64,000 nt of DNA. It comes from Dehalococcoidia bacterium. GTDB lineage: Bacteria > Chloroflexota > Dehalococcoidia > UBA2979. The DNA lies in contig OZ244720.1 in the NCBI GenBank assembly GCA_965219085.1, forward strand, positions 1,760,001 to 1,824,000. Direction: 5' to 3'. Of this stretch, positions 60,141 to 64,000 are shown one piece after another. The translations under genes and the position numbers were made by a program. The first letter of the stretch is position 1. Every line of letters starts with the position of its first letter. The notes under the pieces were generated by a model. It saw nothing but the letters and a program-made list of their open reading frames with translations, did not search any database and was not told where the DNA came from.

Positions 60141-62395
60141 CTCGTCGCTCCGCCCGGGCTGTCGGCGCGGCCGCCGCGGGACTCCTGGTCCCTCAGCGCG
60201 CGGTAGACCTTCTCCGAGGTGAGCGGGAGCTCGGCGATGCGTACGCCGGCCGCGTCCGCGACCGCGTTCGCGATCGCCGCGGCCACCGGCACGTTCGGCG
60301 TCTCGCCGATGCCCTTGACGGCGTAGGGACCGACCCCGGTGTCGGACTCCAGGAGCACCGTCCGCAGCTCGGGGATGTCGAGGCTGGTCGGGATCTTGTA
60401 GTCGCCGAACGACAGCGTCACGACACGCCCGTCCTCGACGGTGAGCTCCTCCATGAGTGCGTACCCGAGGCCCTGCACGACCCCGCCGTTGATCTGGCCC
60501 TGGTGTCCCACCGGGTTGAGCACGCGCCCCACGTCGTGGGCCGTGGTCAGCCCGAGGACGCGCAGTTCACCCGTCTCCGGGTCGACCTCGACCTCGGCGA
60601 TCTGCGCGACGAAGCCCGTCACGCGCACGGGCTCGGTGTCCTCGATGTAGGCGCGGCCGACGACGCGCTCTTCCCATTCGGCCAGCAGCTCGGGCCAGCG
60701 CAACGGCTCCTCGCGCCCCTCGACGCGGATCTCGTCGCCGTCCAGGGTGATCGTCGCCTCGGGCTCGCCGAGGCGCTCCGCGGCCAGCCGTACGAGGTTG
60801 CGACGCGCATCCTGTGCGGCCTCGTAGGCCACGGCGGTGTTCACGCGCGTGGCGCGGCTCCCGCCGATGCCAGAGTCGTCCACCGTGCCGTCCGTGTCCC
60901 ACACCTCGAGCCGGATGCGGTGCAGCGGCGTCCGCAGCTCCTCAGCCACCACTTGCTGGAGCGTGGTGTGGGTGCCGCTTCCCTGGTCAAAGATCGCCGT
61001 CCCCAGCACCACCGCGCCGCCCGGCTCCAGTGCGACCTCGGCGTTGCCGATCCCGCCGCCGGACCCGTGGTCGCCGATGGCGATGCCGCGGCCGACGAAG
61101 GGGCCCCTGGCCTCCGCGTAGCCGGCGGCGTCCGCGGCAGCCTCGAGGGTCTCCTTCACCCGTACGTGCTCGAAGCGCTGGCCCCACGCGGTCTCCTCGC
61201 CGTCCTCGATGAGGTTCCGCATCCGGAAGTCGAGCGGGTCGAGGCCGAGCCGGTGCGCAACCTCGTCGAGGTGGCTCTCCAGCGCGAAGACGGCCTGCGG
61301 GGATCCGGGAGCTCGCATGTGGCCTCCCGGCACGGTGTTGGTGTAGACGTGAATCGACTCGATGCGGGTGTTCGGCACCCGGTACGGCCCGGCCGCGCGC
61401 GGCGCGCCGCCGATCACGCCGGCCGGCTTGTACCCGGCGTACGCGCCGCTGTTTACGAAGAACTGCACGTGGTGCGCCCGGATCGAGCCGTCCCGCATCA
61501 CGCCCGTTCGCAGCCGGGTGCGCGTCGCGTGGCGCGGGCTGCCCGCCATGAACTCCTCGATGTAGTCGGCGACCATCCGGACCGGGCGGCCGGCGGCGCG
61601 GGCGAGGAAGTAGCAGACCGGCAGGTCCAGCGGCGTGCCTTTGCCGCCGAAGTCCCCGCCGATGTGCGAGTGATGCAGCACGATGTCGTCGCGCGAGAGG
61701 CCGACGGTGGCGGCCAGGTCGTCGCGGATGTTCTGGGGCACCTTCGTGTTGGTCCAGACGTGCGTGCGGCCGCCCTCGATCGACACCAGCGAAGCGTGCG
61801 GCTCCAGGTAGGCCTGGTGGTGGCGCTGCGTCTCGTACTCGCCCTCGACGATGATGTCGGCCTCGGCGAAGCCGGCGTCGAGGTCACCGCGTTCGTTCAC
61901 CGTCCACTGGTACGCGTTCGACGGCTCGCTCAGGGGTCGGGCCCCGGGGTACGCGTTGAAGCCGGGGTGCAGCAGCGGCGCATCCGGCTCGAGCGCGGCG
62001 TCCAGGTCGAGGACCGCGGGGAGATCCTCGTAGGTGACGTCGATCAGGTCGGCCGCGTGGCGGGCGATCTCCTCGGTCTCCGCGGCCACGGCGGCGACGC
62101 GCTCTCCCGAGTAGCGCACCACGCCACGCGCGAGCACCGGTATGTCCTTGATGCGACGCCCGTACAGGTACGCGCCGACGTCCTCGCCGGTGATCACCGC
62201 GTGGACACCCGGCAGGGCGCGCGCCGCGGCGGTATCGATGCCGAGGATGCGCGCGTGCGGGCGCGTGCTGTGGACGAGCCTGCCGGAGATCATGCCGGGG
62301 ATCGTCTGGTCGGCCACGTAGCGCGCGGTACCCGTGACCTTCGCCAGCCCGTCGACGCGCGGCGTTGGCCTCCCGAGCTCCACGTAGTCCGCCAC
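60137..62395 (-). CDS. Xanthine dehydrogenase family molybdopterin-binding (large) subunit
   Basis: KVTGTARY, GGDFGGK, MRAPG, QGSGTHT, GQINGG, KGIGE. Confidence 0.92.
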   Translation of the reverse strand: MADYVELGRPTPRVDGLAKVTGTARYVADQTIPGMISGRLVHSTRPHARILGIDTAAARALPGVHAVITGEDVGAYLYGRRIKDIPVLARGVVRYSGERVAAVAAETEEIARHAADLIDVTYEDLPAVLDLDAALEPDAPLLHPGFNAYPGARPLSEPSNAYQWTVNERGDLDAGFAEADIIVEGEYETQRHHQAYLEPHASLVSIEGGRTHVWTNTKVPQNIRDDLAATVGLSRDDIVLHHSHIGGDFGGKGTPLDLPVCYFLARAAGRPVRMVADYIEEFMAGSPRHATRTRLRTGVMRDGSIRAHHVQFFVNSGAYAGYKPAGVIGGAPRAAGPYRVPNTRIESIHVYTNTVPGGHMRAPGSPQAVFALESHLDEVAHRLGLDPLDFRMRNLIEDGEETAWGQRFEHVRVKETLEAAADAAGYAEARGPFVGRGIAIGDHGSGGGIGNAEVALEPGGAVVLGTAIFDQGSGTHTTLQQVVAEELRTPLHRIRLEVWDTDGTVDDSGIGGSRATRVNTAVAYEAAQDARRNLVRLAAERLGEPEATITLDGDEIRVEGREEPLRWPELLAEWEERVVGRAYIEDTEPVRVTGFVAQIAEVEVDPETGELRVLGLTTAHDVGRVLNPVGHQGQINGGVVQGLGYALMEELTVEDGRVVTLSFGDYKIPTSLDIPELRTVLLESDTGVGPYAVKGIGETPNVPVAAAIANAVADAAGVRIAELPLTSEKVYRALRDQESRGGRADSPGGATR

Positions 62396-62526
62396 GCGCC
62401 GATCCTCTCCCACGTCGCGACGCCGGCCGCATTATCGCACCCGCAAACGGGGAGCGCCGCGCGGCGAGACGCGGCGAGGTGACGGCGTTACGGGCTGTTC
62501 CCGGCCGCTCCGATCGGGGCCGTGCC

Positions 62527-63501
62527 CTACTCGCTGTCGAGCGCGCGCTCCATCGCGGCGTACTCGTCGCGCCGCCAGCGCCGCGAAAGCGGCGCGCCCG
62601 GGATCGAGCCGTGTGCGCCGTGAAACGCGCCCGGGTAGACGTGCAGTTCGACCGGAACTCCGGCGTGCGCCAACGCCTGTGCGTACTCGATGTCCTCGTC
62701 CAGGAAGAGGTCGAGCGTGCCGACGCTGATGTATGCGGGCGGCAGCCCTTCGAGGTTCGAGGCGCGAGCCGGGGCCGCGTACGGCGAGATGTCGTCTGCG
62801 CCCGCGCGCCCGTCGAGGTAAGCGCTCCAGCCCAGCTCGTTGAGCGCGCGGTTCCACAGCCGCGGGTCCGTGATCGCGTGGCTGCTCGGCGTGACGTTTC
62901 GATCGTCGAGCATCGGGAACACCAGCGTCTGGTAGCAAATGCTGACCTCGGCGCGGTCGCGGGCGAGCAGCGCGAGGCCGGCGGCCAGCCCGCCGCCGGC
63001 GCTCCCGCCGCGAATCGCGATGCGTTCGCGGTCGATGCCGAGCGCATCGGCCTGCTGCCAGAACCAGAGCAGGCCCGCGTAGCAGTCCTCGAGCGGGGCC
63101 GGGTAGGGATGCTCGGGCGCGAGCCGGTACTCGACCGACGCAACGAGCACGCCAAGGTTGGCGGCGTACGCCATGCAGTCGAGATCCGAGCCGGGGACGT
63201 CCCCGGCGATCATCCCGCCGCCGTGGACGTTGTAGACGGCTGCCGCCGGCTTTGGCAGCCCGTCCGGCTCGTACACGCGCACCAGCACCTCGGGGCCGCC
63301 GTCGGGTCCGGGTGCGAAGTGGTCCTCGAAGGTCACGCCCGCGCGGGGCGGGGTCGCAACGGCCGGCATCCCCGTATCGCGAAACGCCGTCACGGCGCCG
63401 TGGACGTCTGTCAAGTCGACCGTACGGGCGGGCATGGCCGCCAGCGCGTCGCGGTACGCGGGGTCGACCAGGGCGTCGATATCGAGACTTCCGGTTGCCA
63501 T
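62527..63501 (-). CDS. HSL-family (family IV) esterase/lipase
   Basis: HGGG, YRLAPEHPYPA, GGSAGG, DLFLDE, HG. Confidence 0.9.
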   Translation of the reverse strand: MATGSLDIDALVDPAYRDALAAMPARTVDLTDVHGAVTAFRDTGMPAVATPPRAGVTFEDHFAPGPDGGPEVLVRVYEPDGLPKPAAAVYNVHGGGMIAGDVPGSDLDCMAYAANLGVLVASVEYRLAPEHPYPAPLEDCYAGLLWFWQQADALGIDRERIAIRGGSAGGGLAAGLALLARDRAEVSICYQTLVFPMLDDRNVTPSSHAITDPRLWNRALNELGWSAYLDGRAGADDISPYAAPARASNLEGLPPAYISVGTLDLFLDEDIEYAQALAHAGVPVELHVYPGAFHGAHGSIPGAPLSRRWRRDEYAAMERALDSE

Positions 63502-63592
63502 CGAGGGCTCCTCTGCGTCGTTGGGCTACGTACGCGCGATGATACAAGCTGCGTGGGGCGGGCCCGGGCAGCGCCCGCCAGAGGAGGCCGGA

Positions 63593-64000
63593 ATGAAGCT
63601 CAACAGCGACGAGGTCGAAATCCCCGCAAGCGCTGTCAGCGTCTATGACGCGATCTTCCGCAGACGCAACGTCAAGGAGTTCACCGGCGACGCGGTTTCC
63701 CGAGAGACCCTGGATCGGCTGTTCTCCGCCGCGATCTGGGCGCCCAATCACCGGCTCACCGAGCCCACGCGATTCTTCGCGGTCCAGAAGGACGGTCCCA
63801 TGCGGACGAGCATCGCCGCAGCCGCATGGCAGGTGGCATACGACGAAGCGGTCAATCCGAGCCCGGAGCAGAAGCGCCGCGCGGCGGATGCCAGGCGGGA
63901 TCGCGTCCTGAACGCCCCCGCGATGGTCTACGTCTACAGCCTCGCCGGAGATACCGACGAGGTCACACGGGAGAACTACGCCACCTCCTGCTGCGCTATC
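63593..64000 (+). CDS. Nitroreductase family protein (3' truncated by the window edge)
   Basis: Manual translation MKLNSDEVEIPASAVSVYDAIFRRRNVKEF..AAIWAPNHRLTEP; RBS GAGGAGG. Confidence 0.85.
   Translation, partial: MKLNSDEVEIPASAVSVYDAIFRRRNVKEFTGDAVSRETLDRLFSAAIWAPNHRLTEPTRFFAVQKDGPMRTSIAAAAWQVAYDEAVNPSPEQKRRAADARRDRVLNAPAMVYVYSLAGDTDEVTRENYATSCCAI

Noticed and set aside
58365-62395. True aerobic CO dehydrogenase
   Set aside because: The large subunit has GHMRAPG rather than AYxCSFR or AYRGAGR, so it is a generic xanthine-dehydrogenase-family enzyme.
1-64000. tRNA or rRNA genes
   Set aside because: None was recognised by eye; a tRNAscan-SE/Infernal run would be needed to exclude them.

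Overview
High-GC bacterial genomic window. The gene content (MoxR-like AAA plus VWA pair, many class III CoA-transferases, an F420-dependent reductase, a xanthine-dehydrogenase-family molybdoenzyme, FN3/cadherin/LRR surface proteins) suggests a Chloroflexota (Dehalococcoidia-like), possibly host-associated organism; this is inference only. The most striking structure is a 6-kb nest of insertion sequences at 39393-45365. One IS5-family element has its transposase gene split into four pieces by an IS1111-type IS110 element, a classical IS110 element and an IS1380 element. Removing the three inserts by hand restores an uninterrupted 358-aa ORF. In both IS110-family elements the non-coding end contains short segments matching the element's own insertion site and its own circle junction, i.e. 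bridge/seek-RNA guides directed at the IS5 transposase gene can be read from the sequence. Other highlights: a Gabija-like OLD nuclease plus UvrD helicase island; a 2050-aa kexin-like surface protease whose propeptide appears to be encoded by the upstream lipoprotein; tandem XRE regulators bridged by a 21 x 21-bp repeat; a DUF5678/retropepsin pair; a Rieske-like protein lacking both Fe-ligand cysteines; an unannotated 46-aa ORF; and decaying LRR and RCC1-like repeat genes. All calls come from motif recognition by eye; no database searches were run.
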